A DNA stretch of 64,000 nt from Trichoplax adhaerens (Eukaryota; Animalia; Placozoa), in assembly GCF_000150275.1 (NCBI RefSeq), contig NW_002060947.1, positions 6,215,648 to 6,279,647 on the forward strand. The letters run 5' to 3'. How positions within the stretch are numbered: position 1 is the first letter of the stretch; the number at the start of each line of letters is the position of its first letter. The translations under genes were made by a program, and so were the position numbers. The notes beneath the pieces were generated by a model. It was not told the DNA's origin and did not search any database. It saw only the letters and a list, made by a program, of their open reading frames with translations. Shown here in pieces: positions 49,773-63,772 of this stretch.

Positions 49773-52418
49773 CGTACTCTAGATTAGATTAGGAATTATT
49801 AACTTACGATTATTATAAAATTCCTTGAACAAACATTCCCCTTTCTTTTGATTATTTGTATTATTTTTATTAACAATTATACTCAACTGAGATAATTTAG
49901 ATTCCTCTGATTATCAATCAGTATTGGTAGGCGCCTGGTAGCAAGTGTACAATTGTTACCATTATTGGCATAACTTTTTACAGTATTAACTGTGAAATCA
50001 GCGGAATCACGTAAACTTATGTTATTGAAACCATCGTTCGGATGTATTATAATTAATTATGATACTCGTAAATAGACATATACAGGAAACTATTGAGAGT
50101 AGTCACATGCAGAAATAGTAGACCCCTTTAGATTTGAGATCATGTAAATTCTTTTATTTATATTAACAGTTAGTTTGATCTATACTGTATATAAATTTTT
50201 TACATCGTACATGTTACGCTACTTTGTAGCGTTACGGCACTAGGATATAATATGTGTGTCATGTATTTTTACGGAGAAACTAGAAATATCGGTAGTGTAC
50301 TGATCTGCATGGCTGCAGTCCATTGTAAATTTCTCTATGCTTAGTTCTTGTGTGAAGACATTTGATTGTAATTCATAAAGCTGTAAGCCATAAATTCGTA
50401 CTTATAGCGAAAAAAATTTTGAAAGTTAGGAATACTATATTCGAGTAACATGATAATATGCGGATTGTAAAGTTATTACAAATAAGCTTATTGGATGTAG
50501 TATCTGCAATATGTGAACTGCGATTCCAGATTACTTACATTGTTACTGCAAGCACAAAATAAAGCGTATGATTTTGGCGTATTCAGTAATAGACTTGCTG
50601 TTGTTAGGTAAGACCTAATAAAATCTATATGTTACAAGTGAATGTAAGTATAATTCGTACAGGAGGCCTCCTGATAAACGTATAAAATTATTGGTAAGTA
50701 CGTTAGTATGAGCGTTTGTCACATGTTGGTTTATGATAGATTAAAACCCAACGGAAGTTCAATTCTAGTCACCCGGTAAGGGTAAATTGCTACTATTTCC
50801 CATTTATACGATAACAGTAATTTCTAATTATTATACTGTTATCAACTATACATACAACGTGCTGCGTTAATGATAGATTGCAATTCTCCTCATTAACTAG
50901 CAGGCAACAGAACGATTTCAAAATTATTTTCTATTCTTGTTACCTTAATTCTTTGTACATAAGCTTAGCAAATATCATAGGAGTATAGATTTTTCCCCCC
51001 TTTTATAGATCGTGCTTTAAAGTTTGTACGGTATAATAGTTCTTAGATATTATTCATGCAGAATCCGGCTGAGGTAGAGAGTCAAGTACGTTTTTGCGAT
51101 TGTCATGATTTCAATTAATTAAAAGTGGGTAAGTGCCTTGATCGTGTGGCAACATTTTGCAGAAACCACTGCAAGATGTCGAATAGTCTGCTGACTACTA
51201 AAGTAATGGTGGATTATAGTCATTATAATGAAATGGTGCAATGGTACTATTATCTAACTCACTCTGCGGTATCATTGATAAAGTAGCGATTTAATTAAGG
51301 TGTGATATTCTGCCAAGATTACGAAGAGATAGCTTAAAGCAACGAATGTGCAACATATTTTAGCTGACAAATTATTTGCAGAATATGAGCTTCTTATTGT
51401 CTGGAATGTATAATGATTGACATTAATAAACTTCTAAATATAATCGTAGATACCTATTATATACTTTTCACGGTACGTACTATCGTAAAATATTAAATAT
51501 TAAATGACTAAATTTAGCGAATTTAACATCTCTATATATGGGGATTAGAATTGATTATTTACCGTAGGAATAATTGAAGTTATAATGTGTGACAGTAAAA
51601 TTACATGCAACACTGCAATGAAATTGTTATATATTAATTGATTACAGTACAAGCTCTTGTGGCTGCAATTCTGACTAAAGAGTAGAGGTACTAAATGGAT
51701 TCTATGAATGGATGTACAGTACTTTACTGTAATTCGACTGTGTAAAATTAGTCAGTAGATGTCCATATCCATAAGTATTGTTGTACTGTAAGATGATTCA
51801 TCAATGATAGCTGCTGTTGAAGGGTATATTAAGCCTAGCAGATAGTAGAATAAAATCAGTTCTCTAGTTGTGTAATGTAGAAGTGAAGGTGACTGAGCTC
51901 TTGTTAGTAGTCAAGGGATACTGAATCTCGAAGACTAGAAATTTAGAGATTTGTTTTCGAGTAAACCTTGTCACAAAGCTGGTTTAATGTAATACTTTTA
52001 AGAACTAGATGAGATAAATTTGATATTAGTTTTGAAGGATTTGGCCTATGGGTCTTGAATAATTAGCTGGCTAATTAGATAGGAAATAAATCGGACTAGT
52101 TGAAGGCTGAGATAGAGGAAATTAGCCTGCAGCACTAATCAAGATCTTAGAGAAAGGGTAGTTAGTTAAATCAACCGTAGAGCAAATCGATATAATCCCT
52201 CAGAAGATTGCCCAGATAATCATCTATTTGGGCGAGTAATGATTTTTTATAAATTGTATGGGTTGGATTATTATTTCGTCTTTATCATTATCGTTTCAAC
52301 ACCACGAATTGTCTTGCTTAATTCAACTTTTTATTTATAACTTATAGTTAGATCTGATCTAAGATAATATTGAAACCATGGCTAATTTTAGCCTGCAGTA
52401 TACATGTCAAAGAATGAT

Positions 52419-54930
52419 TTAATTGAAAAATACTCTGCGCGCATTAAGTGGTTGAGCTGGACGGAAGTTATTAACCATCAAAACGCCAGGATCGATAGCA
52501 TCTCCAGTGTAAACTTGAGTTCTTAATTTGTTAAGCTGAGAAATCGAAGAGTTACAGTAGGTAAATAAAATATTTTATGATATAGTTAAACTAGGCTAGA
52601 AATACTTTGTATTTATAATCACATAGATGTAACAAATAATTATGAGTGGTGCTAATTCTAATTGAAATTCGATACATTGTACTTAAGAAAAGACAGCTAA
52701 AGTTTAAAAATAATCTTGATGACTAGTAGAGAACGCTGCCTTTTTCATTATAGTTAATTCAGCCTAATAATTTACATTAAAATTAAACATGGATAGAATT
52801 TCATACCTGAGCATCAGTTGCGTGGATATGATTATTAAGAACAACCCATGTAACAGATTCATCACAAGTTGGTGTAGTTAAAGAACCAGCGTAAGTGGCA
52901 TAGTAATGATGATGGGGCATTAATTTAGAGACATCAAAATTTGCGATGTAATGGGTATCACCTAAAGATTTTGTGATAAATACATACTGAAAGGATTAGC
53001 ATTAAAGTGGTGAAATAATGCCAAATGAAATATTGTCAAAGAATTTTAAGATTTTTTTCACTTAGAGCAGCAAAGATAATTACATAATAGTTAGGGATTA
53101 CATAGAAAAATTTTAATCGACATACCAGCATATTTAACGTATTGGGCGTTGTTTGCAATCTTATCGAATTCGTTATGATGTTTAGCATGGAGCTAATTAG
53201 AGAAATGGTTTTAAATAATTAATTATGGAACAAGATAGGAGACATTTACAATGGTAAAATTAGCCTAACAACGGCTCAAATCGGGTTCTATTTTGCGGTA
53301 ATGATTACTAATACTAAAGTATCGCACAATTGCCGTTATTATATGAATCATGGAAAATTAAGCAAAACCTATTGACCATTTCTTAATCTAAATTAGATCA
53401 ACAAGATGCATACTGTGTGACAAAGCATTAATTTTATAGTGGTATAGCAATATTTTGCTTAACACATAGATGGTCAACTAACAATAACATACATCAACAA
53501 GACCACCAATAACAGCGAGGCCATTGGCATTATCAGCGGCATCAGCAACGCTAAGGTACATGTCACTATTATAAAAGACAAAATGGACCTAAAATTTTCA
53601 AAAAAGTAAGACTTCACTTAGATAAAAAATGGCATATTTCTGCTAGTTATTAATTTAAATAATTATATTGATTATCAACAGCCATTTTTGGAATGAGTTT
53701 AAATTTTTATATGATGGTAGTTGAGATTTTCAACCTCACCTCTGCAGCGAAAGCACGACCATTAAGACGATGTTCTGATCCTTTAGTAGCGTCCGAACCG
53801 AAATGCACGTGGAATTGTCCAAGTCTATAGTTGTAGCTGAATGGTCCACCAGTAACAGAGTAAGAAAAGGTAGGATCTAAGGTACATTGGACAGCATGGC
53901 CAGTATTGATTAAAGTACAGCCACCAGAAGGGGTACCAGTAAATACTAATGGAGACATGTTCGGGATGTGAATCATGTTAGCAGTTACAATATCGATAGG
54001 TGATTGTTTCTTGCCGCCGCATAATTTGAAATCGTTAGCCCATGAAAGAGGATCAACTAACATGATAAAAATCAAAATTAGGAACGAAGGCTGTGATGAA
54101 GTTAACTCAGTATAATATAATTGAGGTAAATAAATGTGACTGCAAATATCCTTAGATTATACTTTCTTCCAAATCTGATGACTACTAGACTTTATCTTTA
54201 ACTACTGGTTCTAGTTCAGTAATGGATATCATATCGTGGTTGATATTATTAGATGAAAACAATGCTAAAAGGTAATAATAGAATGAAATTGGACTGCATA
54301 TACTACTTTATAACCGCTATTGTTAAAACCAACTTGTCAATTCAGTAAATTAACTAGATATTGCGTATATTAATTATATGCGCATCAGAATATGAATCGC
54401 ATAAGAAAATGATTCACAAATGCAAATGACCAATTTGAATTATTCTGTACTGTAGCTATGAACTATTCTACGTCTATGTTAGGTAATAGGATTACATAAT
54501 GTCGATCATTCATTAATTAAAGACTGCTAGAAAAAAATAATGACTACCGATAATTGTAATTAGCCATTTCATAGATATATATGTACGCGTATAAGGAAAA
54601 TTTTTGCATACTGGTCGTTTTATTTCTGTATTTTTATTTATTTTATACCGAGGAGTGAAGCAAAACGTATATGTTAGCAAAATAGAATTAAGATTAAATC
54701 AAGTTTTTACTTCCGTGGCCGCCGTATCCCCAAGTGCTAGCGCTTGCGTCTAAAATAATTATAAAAAAAGACTTTTACAAGAAAGAAATATCAAATTATA
54801 GGTCATTTTTACTTTATCTACAGCTGCAATTTCAAATTAGAACTACTTTGAAACATATTAAATTGAATGCATTTAATTTACCAGCAACAAGACAAATTAA
54901 AATAATTCCAGAAAAGATTTTAGCAATCAT
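52419..54930 (-). CDS. Secreted alpha-carbonic anhydrase; exons 54930-54882, 54749-54711, 54056-53740, 53588-53493, 53192-53126, 52961-52807, 52535-52419 (279 aa)
   Basis: Signal peptide MIAKIFSGIILICLVA, WGYGG, CGGKKQSPIDI, NTGH, QFHVHFG, SEH, AEVHFV, GSLTTPTCDESVTW, NFRPAQPLNARRV; no TM or GPI tail. Confidence 0.95.
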
Positions 54931-57900
54931 GATGGCAATTTTACAACTGAGAGAAGTGATGATAATAGTGTCACAAATTCACAGCAATCCAGAGCGTGTG
55001 GTAAGCGAAAAATTTCGTTTCTGCGAGTCTATTTATAGAGTTACACTGGCAATGGGGCGGAGATAGCTTAAGTAAACAAATAGGGTCGAAGTCACAAGGC
55101 AAAAGAAGTGCTAGCATTAATTAATTAATCAAGGATTGTTTCCACCTGAATTTCTGCTTGCATAGTTGAATTGATAATATAATTAGGCATGATTTGGAAT
55201 TATTTCGTTCGTCATCAACATATTTCTATGTCATTATACACATTTATTATTTATATTGATTTATTATCGGGTAATCAAGGATATGCCATGGTTATTAATT
55301 GGCAGAAAGTGAATATATCTTAAGTGAATTAGTATTTTACTAGTAATAACATTAGATATGAAGGTGAAATGATAGTTGCGACATTATCTATTCCATAATA
55401 CTCAATCACTACGTATAAACGAATTTGTTACAATGTATGCCCACTATGAAATGCATCGAGATCAACGTGAATAGATCAAATATCACCCTGTTTCTGCTAT
55501 TTTTTGATAAGACAAAAAATATTATTAGCGAAAATAGTCCGGTAACTGTACTAATGAAAACAGATTGGATAGATAAGAATTAAGTGTGCCTTAGTTTGAT
55601 AAGGGAGATAATAACCCTTAAAACTACGAGATTAAAAATATAGGAATCGAACGAGTATAACAGGCGAGATAGGTAATAAGATTTTAGTTGAATAAAAAGA
55701 TTGATATGAAGAGTTTAGAAACTGAATATGAGAGATTGACAGCATCGGATATTTACAGTATATGATTAATAAAGAGTAACACATCGATTGGATAGATTTC
55801 GCTACTTTCAACATGTTGCAGAGAAACATCATAGTATTGATTATTACGGCAGATTGCATATTAGCCTATTCAATAATGTAACATCAATCCTTTTTTATCA
55901 GCTTGATAACTCCTGTATCTTTCGATGAGCATAGAGGACAGGTAGTACAGCTATCCAGTCATACTTTGTTCTCGAAAGTAAAGCTCTAACAGAATGGAAA
56001 AGGTGCTACAATATAATATAGGATTCACGAATTATTGTTATTCTTTAATTATTACTCTTAACAAGAATTTCATAATCCAAGCAGCCGTCGATTATGGTAA
56101 GCTTTAGTTTCATTAAATGAATCGATTTTGTTCTTTGTTAATCTTGCGATCGAATAAATTAACTAAGACACGTGGGTAAACATCATTAATTGGTGAAATC
56201 CGATAGTATTTGTGACATTTGATTAATTTTATACTCTATCATGTTCTGGACAGAATAGAAATTGTTTTCTATCTCACGCAATATTATTGTCACTGGCTAT
56301 CACGTTGACCATTAAAAATTTTTCATATCCGAATAATTTTAAATTATCTTCTTAATTAGTCATTAATTAATTATTACTCAATACACGGCTTTAACTTAGC
56401 CGGTATTGAAAGTTATGGGGTATGACTCCGATCCGATCCGATCCGTCGATCGCTTGTTATTGCTATAATGACCAGTCTAGTTCCATTTTACTTATACTAT
56501 TACAGTTGGTTAGCAAAGTTCGTTGCAATTAGATCATTTATGTTATTCATTGTAATCATTTTTATCATTATAAGGTATGAATAGGTAATAATTGTTTACG
56601 TAGATGCGGCTACAGCGACGTAATTTTATCGGCAATTTACATTATAATAAGAATTCATAAACGGACAACTTCAGTATGGATGTGATACTATTATACTATA
56701 ATTAATTAAATCTTTAAAATGGAATTACTATAAATTCAAAAATATTAGAACGAAAGATGCAGAGAGATCGATAAATTAGCGTATTATAGGGATTGATGCA
56801 ACTCACGCTTTTATTGGATTAAGTTGATTATTAATTTACAAAATTGTAATCATTAATGTAGTAATTTGATGCTCAGGAGCGAAAGTTATTTCGAAAGTTA
56901 ACGATTATTAAAGCTTATCATGGACGAGCGATATTTAATATGGTTTTAATCATTACGTTATGGGTTTGCATATCAAGGCCAATTAGTAGTTAATATCATA
57001 TTCATGTATGTATGTTGGTAGTCTACTCTTAGTCGCTTTGTAAATAAGTGAAATGTCAATTATGGCAACTTTCTCCTACAGTTAGGTTAGGTATCACTGT
57101 AAGCATAATCATGCGAAGCGAAGTATTTTATGCTGTAACTGCAATTTTTCGGTCATCAGAAAGTGAATTCAACTGAAGCAATCCTGTTGCCATATATTCA
57201 ATCTAAAATGATCGAAAATACGCTTTCTGAATTAAACGGATTTAAAGCTAATTAGTTATATATATATATATATAAAGTGCGTTCATCAATTTATCTATCA
57301 ATCAAACTATGTTAAAGAGTGTTATGTATGGATCACGAGATTACCACTGTAAGCTGTAGACAATGCTATATGGGAAGGATCATTGCTGTAGATTAGAAAA
57401 CCTAGTTATTCAATTTTCCCACATCTGTCTTAGTATTGTTTTCTGAAAACTATTATTTTACGAAATACATTAGTTGATATCATTGCTTGAATGTTATTTC
57501 ACTTAAAGTCAGAAGACTTTAAAAGAAAAAAATCTTAAAATTGATAAGAGACCTATAATAGTCGCGGATGTATGTAATCCGAAAGACAATCGTTTAAATT
57601 ACTTTAATTTACAGTAGAACTACTTCACAGATTATCCGTACATTTAATGGGTTATATTATATTTTCCTTTATATGTAAGTTATCAATATATAACAGCGAG
57701 ATGTAGCACTTAGTGTGATATACATTACTTCATGTCTACTATGCTTATAAACGCTACCTCCGATGAAGCCTTAATTGATTTAAAATTAAAAATTGTTATT
57801 GTCACCATAAAATAGTAACTGTGATCATTAATCTTACAAGTCGCAAACGCTCTTTTTTATTTCAACTTCATACAAGCTATGATATTGCAAAGCTAGAAAT

Positions 57901-60900
57901 GAATCTTAAATCTAATTAAACGTGATAACATTTTACTACTGATGACCGATAAATAGTTGGACTATGGACGCGTCAGTGATGGTCATTGTAAATCTATAAA
58001 GGATAAAGTTGTTTTTTGTTAGTTATTCATTTCGAATTTTGAATTTAGTAATTACATAATTAGAAAGGACTTTGATATTATTATTGACGTATTTTTTAAT
58101 TGGTTAATGTTTACTTAGTTATTATCTACTGTTTCTTAATCATTAATTATTTCTTTACGCTTACTAACGGGTGATAGACAGACGAATTTAACGGGAGGAT
58201 TGACTATTTATTGCTATACTTATCGCCTGGGAAAGTAAAAATATGCTACGTGTTTTTTTCTGATCCACCTTGTATTACTTAATTAGATAACAATGTAAGT
58301 TAATTGTATGCTTATTTTAAATTAATCTGTTAATGAGATTAAAGGTAATAGAAATTGATCGTTTCGCAGTCTGGCTGAATGATTTAGTTTAATCATTATA
58401 GTCCAGATCGAATGAGGCCTTGTTTTAGTGAACCTCTGTTGCTGTATATCAGTTAAGTAGTGAGATTAGATTTTTTCTTATTCAAAACTTATTTCGATAC
58501 CAATCCGGGGTTAAATTCCTAATACATCTCATCAATATTATGCTCTAGACCCTTAAAATAATGTAAAAGCTATTATTAAAGATAATTGAACAGTTATTGT
58601 CGTTACTGAAATCCTTTTGTACTCAACATGATCCACTTATAAAAATGTAATTATTTTCACGCAGTATTTCGTGTTTTAACTTTGTAGGAGATCATTTATT
58701 AATTACCATTTGGTGCTATCTTAGGTTGTAAATTCTCTGTTCTATTGTTATGAACATTATCTTTCGGTTAGCTATGTAATGAGATTAGTATATTATCATT
58801 TCTATTTACATTTGGCTTCTGTAAGTTAAGACGAGTAATAGGGTAGTAAGAGTATATTTGAAGATTGTTGATATTATACTTCCTTTAATTATTAATTTGA
58901 TTACGAGCAGCAATTTTTCAGTTAAGATACTTATATTTCATCTTTGCTTCAGTATATATTAGCTTTAATTGTTATTGTATTTATAGGATTTAAACTGTTG
59001 TTACTAATTGATTTTGTATTTATCAAAGTAATTGCAATCAATTAATGCAGCATTGACATTTTAGACTCTAATTCTAGAATGAGGATCATCTAACTACTGA
59101 GCTCTAGTATACGTATGCTCATATTATTTTTATCATGCTTAGAAGCTATGATTAACTATAAATTGGTTCACATATGTTATCTAATAGGCAGTCATTATTA
59201 GATTAACTGATATTAAATTTAAAAGATGATATTTTGTAGTAGATACAATTGTAGTCCAGCTGATAAATGAAGTACAGACTTGTAGCAAGTTTATTCTTTT
59301 AATCCTGTATCATATGTGTCAGTGGTACAGATCAGTACAAAAAACTTTCACGTACAAGTTCCATTGAAATATTTCCATGCTACAGGAATTATTTTTCCGT
59401 CATTATTTCGAACCAAATTGAAGTTTGCAGATCATTTGCAAAATTTGTCATTATATTTGTGAAATTATCAGATCCTTCTGATTAGTTGTTATAAATTTAT
59501 TACATTTGTAACGATTGTAAACGTATTACTATTCTAATTGATCTGAACATATATATAACTATTTTGCCAACCCAATGGTATTATCAATGCGATAATGAAT
59601 AATATTTATTTTCAGGTAGCCTGAAGTTGTTAATGAAGTTTTTGATATGCATATTATATTGGATAAAATTAAAAGAAAGTCTAAGGTTCAAGATAAGAGT
59701 CCGTTCGCATTACATTATTTTTGACTTGTTTTGTTTGATTGGCATTCTCATTTATTGATAAATATTTTTCATCTGTCAAATAGGTCGCGACCTGTTTATA
59801 AGATGATTCAGCATAGTTCTAAAACCCATCGGTTAATTTGACAGTTTTAGTATTGTTAACATAATATTTGCACAGTCATGACTTCATAAGTCATTGGGTT
59901 CGAAGTTCTACATCAGATGCTGTCCTCGTGAATTCAATTTGTTGACTGTTGATTAAGTCAATGTGCCGGCAGTTAAATCAATAGCGTTCATGTATACGTT
60001 TTATCAGCATAATTATTGATTCATCTGCTCTAACATTCTTAGAATTAAATTCGACGCCCATCATCAGGCTAATAGGTTATTATTGTTATTAGATAATAGA
60101 CAACAAGATGATTGTTATTACTCATACAGATAAAGAGATTAGCTTAGATAAGGCACAATTATTCCGATGACTTATACTCGTGCGTGTATCCATCTAAGTA
60201 ATGGTATGCACAAAAATTAGACAGGAAACTCAATAGAATGCTATAATCGGTTTATATACGTAACATTATTCCTGGAAGTAAATTAACGCCTGGAATTTTG
60301 CCTTATTAGATTTAGTATTTTGTTGAAGTGGATGGATTAATGGTCAGATTAATAATTAATGAGATGAAAGTTTTATTTGCGTGGGAGGCAACGGACCAAG
60401 ATAGATAGAATAACATTTGCACGCAGCCTCCTCATGCGGATTCTTTTCTTCCTGGAATATTTTTAAAAATTTTCGTAATCTGACCATCATTTCTCGTACT
60501 TTTATTACTTAACAATTAGCAATATTGTCAAGGTGGGTAATCTGAAATAGTAGCCAGTTCAAAAGAAATTTATATATTATTGTGTTGATTGCCTATTGCG
60601 ATCAGGTGAATTTTAACGACGGATATTACTAAAGTAATCGATATTAACAGTTATTTTTTCTATTATTTTATTTAAGAAATGTTGAGCATCCATGTTATAT
60701 GCATTGCAAGATAAAGTAGTACCAATTCTCTTCTAGTTATTAACAAACACGCTAGTCTAACTTTATTTGATTACGTGTACGATATACTCGTATTTTCATT
60801 TGATTCTTTTCTTCATGTGCAGATGATATCATGTGAATTATGTGTTTTACATAAACGAGCAAGCAATAAGGGTTACTGCAATGGCATGCTTATTTTTCGA

Positions 60901-61698
60901 GAGTACATCAACGGACAAACATTACTGTTGTATTTATGGAATGTTGTATGGCACTAGTATCAAAAGCTCTTTTTGATGTTTAATTGTTTGATTATGGGTA
61001 GACAGCGATTGTGTCTTGCAGTTCATTATTTCGCGAAACTATTAATGCATTAAGAATGAACTCGTGACCCTATGTTGACATAAGCAGAGAACTACTCATT
61101 TTGCTTGATAATTGTCATCAATAGGATGAGCATAGCTGTGGTAAAATCCAGCTAAGAAAACAGAAAAACATTCAATAGAGTTTAGCATGTGTTTGGGATA
61201 GTTTATTGACTGGGTGTAGACGTACTGTGGTTGAAAAATCGTCTTTAATGCCTAAGTTTAGTATTAAGATGTAATCCTTCATAAACCGCAAAAAAGTTTG
61301 TTTAAAAATTCTCGGAATTAGTTGCAAAATATTTAGGAAGTTACTCTATGAAGTTATTTTACGATAAGGTAGTTGTTGATTTACAACGATCAAGGGTATT
61401 ATTATTTTTGTATCCAATAGAGAAATACGCATCGATGAGCCATCGTCAAAAAAGTAAACAGATGTGAGTAATTCGGAGGGGAGTAGGGGCAGGTGGCTTT
61501 AATTTGACAGGTGAACACCGAAAATCTTGCTGGATTTCACTAAGAATTGACAGATATGTTTGGATAAATGTATTGAAGATATATAGCCGTTTCAGCGGTA
61601 TTTCTGGATATGTCATAGGGAAATGAGTGGATCTGATGTCCATATTATACCAGTATGTGATAGTGTATTTTAAAAAGCAATTATTATAAATCGAAATT

Positions 61699-61972
61699 TG
61701 TAACGAGGAAAAAATTAAAACTATTACAGAAATTACCCTATGAGTCTAGTCTGTCAGGTTTGTCTTCCCTGACATTACCCTACAGTACGACTGTAAGTAC
61801 TGACGATTGAGATCGTCAGAAGGAACAGTAAGACAACTTGTTTCTCTTAGACAAACTGAACGTAAACTTTATAGAAAAAGTCATTCAATTTATAGTAGAT
61901 CGAGATATAAAGATGAATTCTATTAAAGGTACCAGTGCTTGGATACTATTATATAAAATATGCATAACGTCA
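61699..61972 (+). mobile_element. LTR-like dispersed repeat homologous to 25222-25476
   Basis: Shared start, hairpin and end; no TSD found. Confidence 0.55.
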
Positions 61973-62672
61973 TAGATAGCGGTATGTTATCTGACGAAAA
62001 TAAGATCAGTATTTTGTGGGAAAAGTACATGTATCTATATTGGTATATTATATATAATTAACTAATGTATACTTATATATATATTGATATGCTTTATGTC
62101 AGAATACGATCCTATTGGATTAATGTGCTTCAAGTTGTGTCGTCCTTAATAGATAGCATGCTTTTGAGGTGTATCGCTTTTGTCCTAGTGTCAATTTTGA
62201 ACAGGAAATGGATTCAAAATGCTAATAGAAATATGTCTATAATAGAGTGGATCAATGCTACTAGGAAACTGCGGTCACTGCTATGAAAGAAGAGTGGTCT
62301 TGTTTGGCTTCCTTTGCGGCTACTTATCAATACGATCTACCAGATTGGAAATGTTTAAGGGATACTTCTTTTAGCTCAGGTTATTTACTCATGCCAATTC
62401 GCTCATTATTGATCATGATATCTATCCCTTGACTCGTCTCTTACGTTGTTTTTTGCAGATATGGTTCTATTTCGTGCTGTAGGAACTGAGCAAATGGGTT
62501 ATCCTTCCTGGCGTACACGTACCCGCATCCAGTATCTGAAAATGAGGAAAATCTGTCCGTCTGTTATGTAGGATAGAAATGCTATAGCATAGCAAACGTC
62601 TTTTCAGTGCGCCAAGTAGAATGCATTCTATTGCCAATTTTTTCTTCATGGAAAGCGGGCTAAGCTATTGGT

Positions 62673-63136
62673 ATATATAGAATTAATATCAGGGATCAGA
62701 GATATTTGAAGAGCAAATTCCTCTTGCTATCTATCTGGCGTTTTGTTCAGCGCGCTATTCGCCATGGTAGCTCTCTTGGTACAGTACTGTACTGTAGTCC
62801 GTCGTATATACAGTACAGTATATATGACAATAACAAATCATACAGTATATACAGTACTGTAAGTCGGATATGTAGAATTAATATCAGGGATCAGAGATAT
62901 CCGTCTGGCGTTTTGTTCAGCGCGACTTTCGCCATGGTAGCTCTCTTAGTACAGTACTGTAGTCCGTCGTATGCATAGATGACAATAACAAATCATATAT
63001 AAGTCGTATATATAGAATTAATATCAGAGATCAGAGATATTTGAAGAGCCAATTCCTCTTGCTATCCGGATGCCTGGCGTTTTGTTCAGCGCAACTTTGG
63101 CCATAGTAACTTTCTTGGTGCACTACTGTAGTCCGT
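62673..63136. repeat. Tandem repeat, about 130-200 bp unit x3 (starts near 62673, 62869, 63009)
   Basis: tagaattaatatcag(g/a)gatcagagatat...ctggcgttttgttcagcgc...tactgtagtccgt in each unit. Confidence 0.95.
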
Positions 63137-63137
63137 G

Positions 63138-63250
63138 TGGTACAGTACTAAGATCAGAAAGAGACTGTAGCTTAGAATACAGTACTGTACTGTACTGTAC
63201 TGTACAGTACGCTGTACCCGATTAGAAGTACTGTACAGTCTGTACTATAT
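63138..63250. repeat. TACTGTA/TACAGTA array
   Basis: tacagtactgtactgtactgtactgtacagtacgctgtac. Confidence 0.85.
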
Positions 63251-63520
63251 CCATTGTGGCGTTGTGCATGTACCACGTCGTACGTACGTCGCATAGTATG
63301 TAGTGTATCATGAACGACGCACGTACGCACCATGAAATTGAGGCCGACCGGGCTTACAGCGCTGTAGGAAAATCGAAAACCAGCAAATACCCTTCTACAG
63401 TGTATTCTATGCTTTATTGCAGCTGTTTGTGCACTAAACTTCGTTGCGTATGGATGTCGTGACGGACGGATCAGAGCACCAGTGGGGAACATCTTGCAGG
63501 TAAATCGACAGTATGATTCC

Positions 63521-63772
63521 ACCAGCTGGTCCCAGCGCCAGTGACGGTCATCCGCAGTGCACTTCACTTCAACATGTACAGTCACACCTAGAGTTAGACA
63601 CACACACCAGCTGATCCCAGTGCCAGTGAAGTTCATCTGCACTTCACTTCAACATGTACAGTCACACCTAGAGTTAGACACACACACCAGCTGGTCCCAG
63701 TGCAAGTGACGGTCATCCGCAGCGCACTTCACTTCAACATGTACTGTCACATCTAGAGGCTACACACACACA
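63521..63772. repeat. GC-richer tandem repeat, 80-85 bp unit x3
   Basis: accagctg(g/a)tcccag...gcacttcacttcaacatgtac..tcacac(c/a)tctagag..acacacac at 63521, 63606 and 63686. Confidence 0.95.

Noticed and set aside
61798-61840. CTGACGA as a hammerhead ribozyme core (other CTGATGA sites also checked)
   Set aside because: No stem II followed by GAAA, and no stem I/III geometry.
62673-63772. Repeats resembling a CRISPR array
   Set aside because: Units are 80-200 bp head-to-tail with no unique spacers, there are no cas genes, and the context is eukaryotic.
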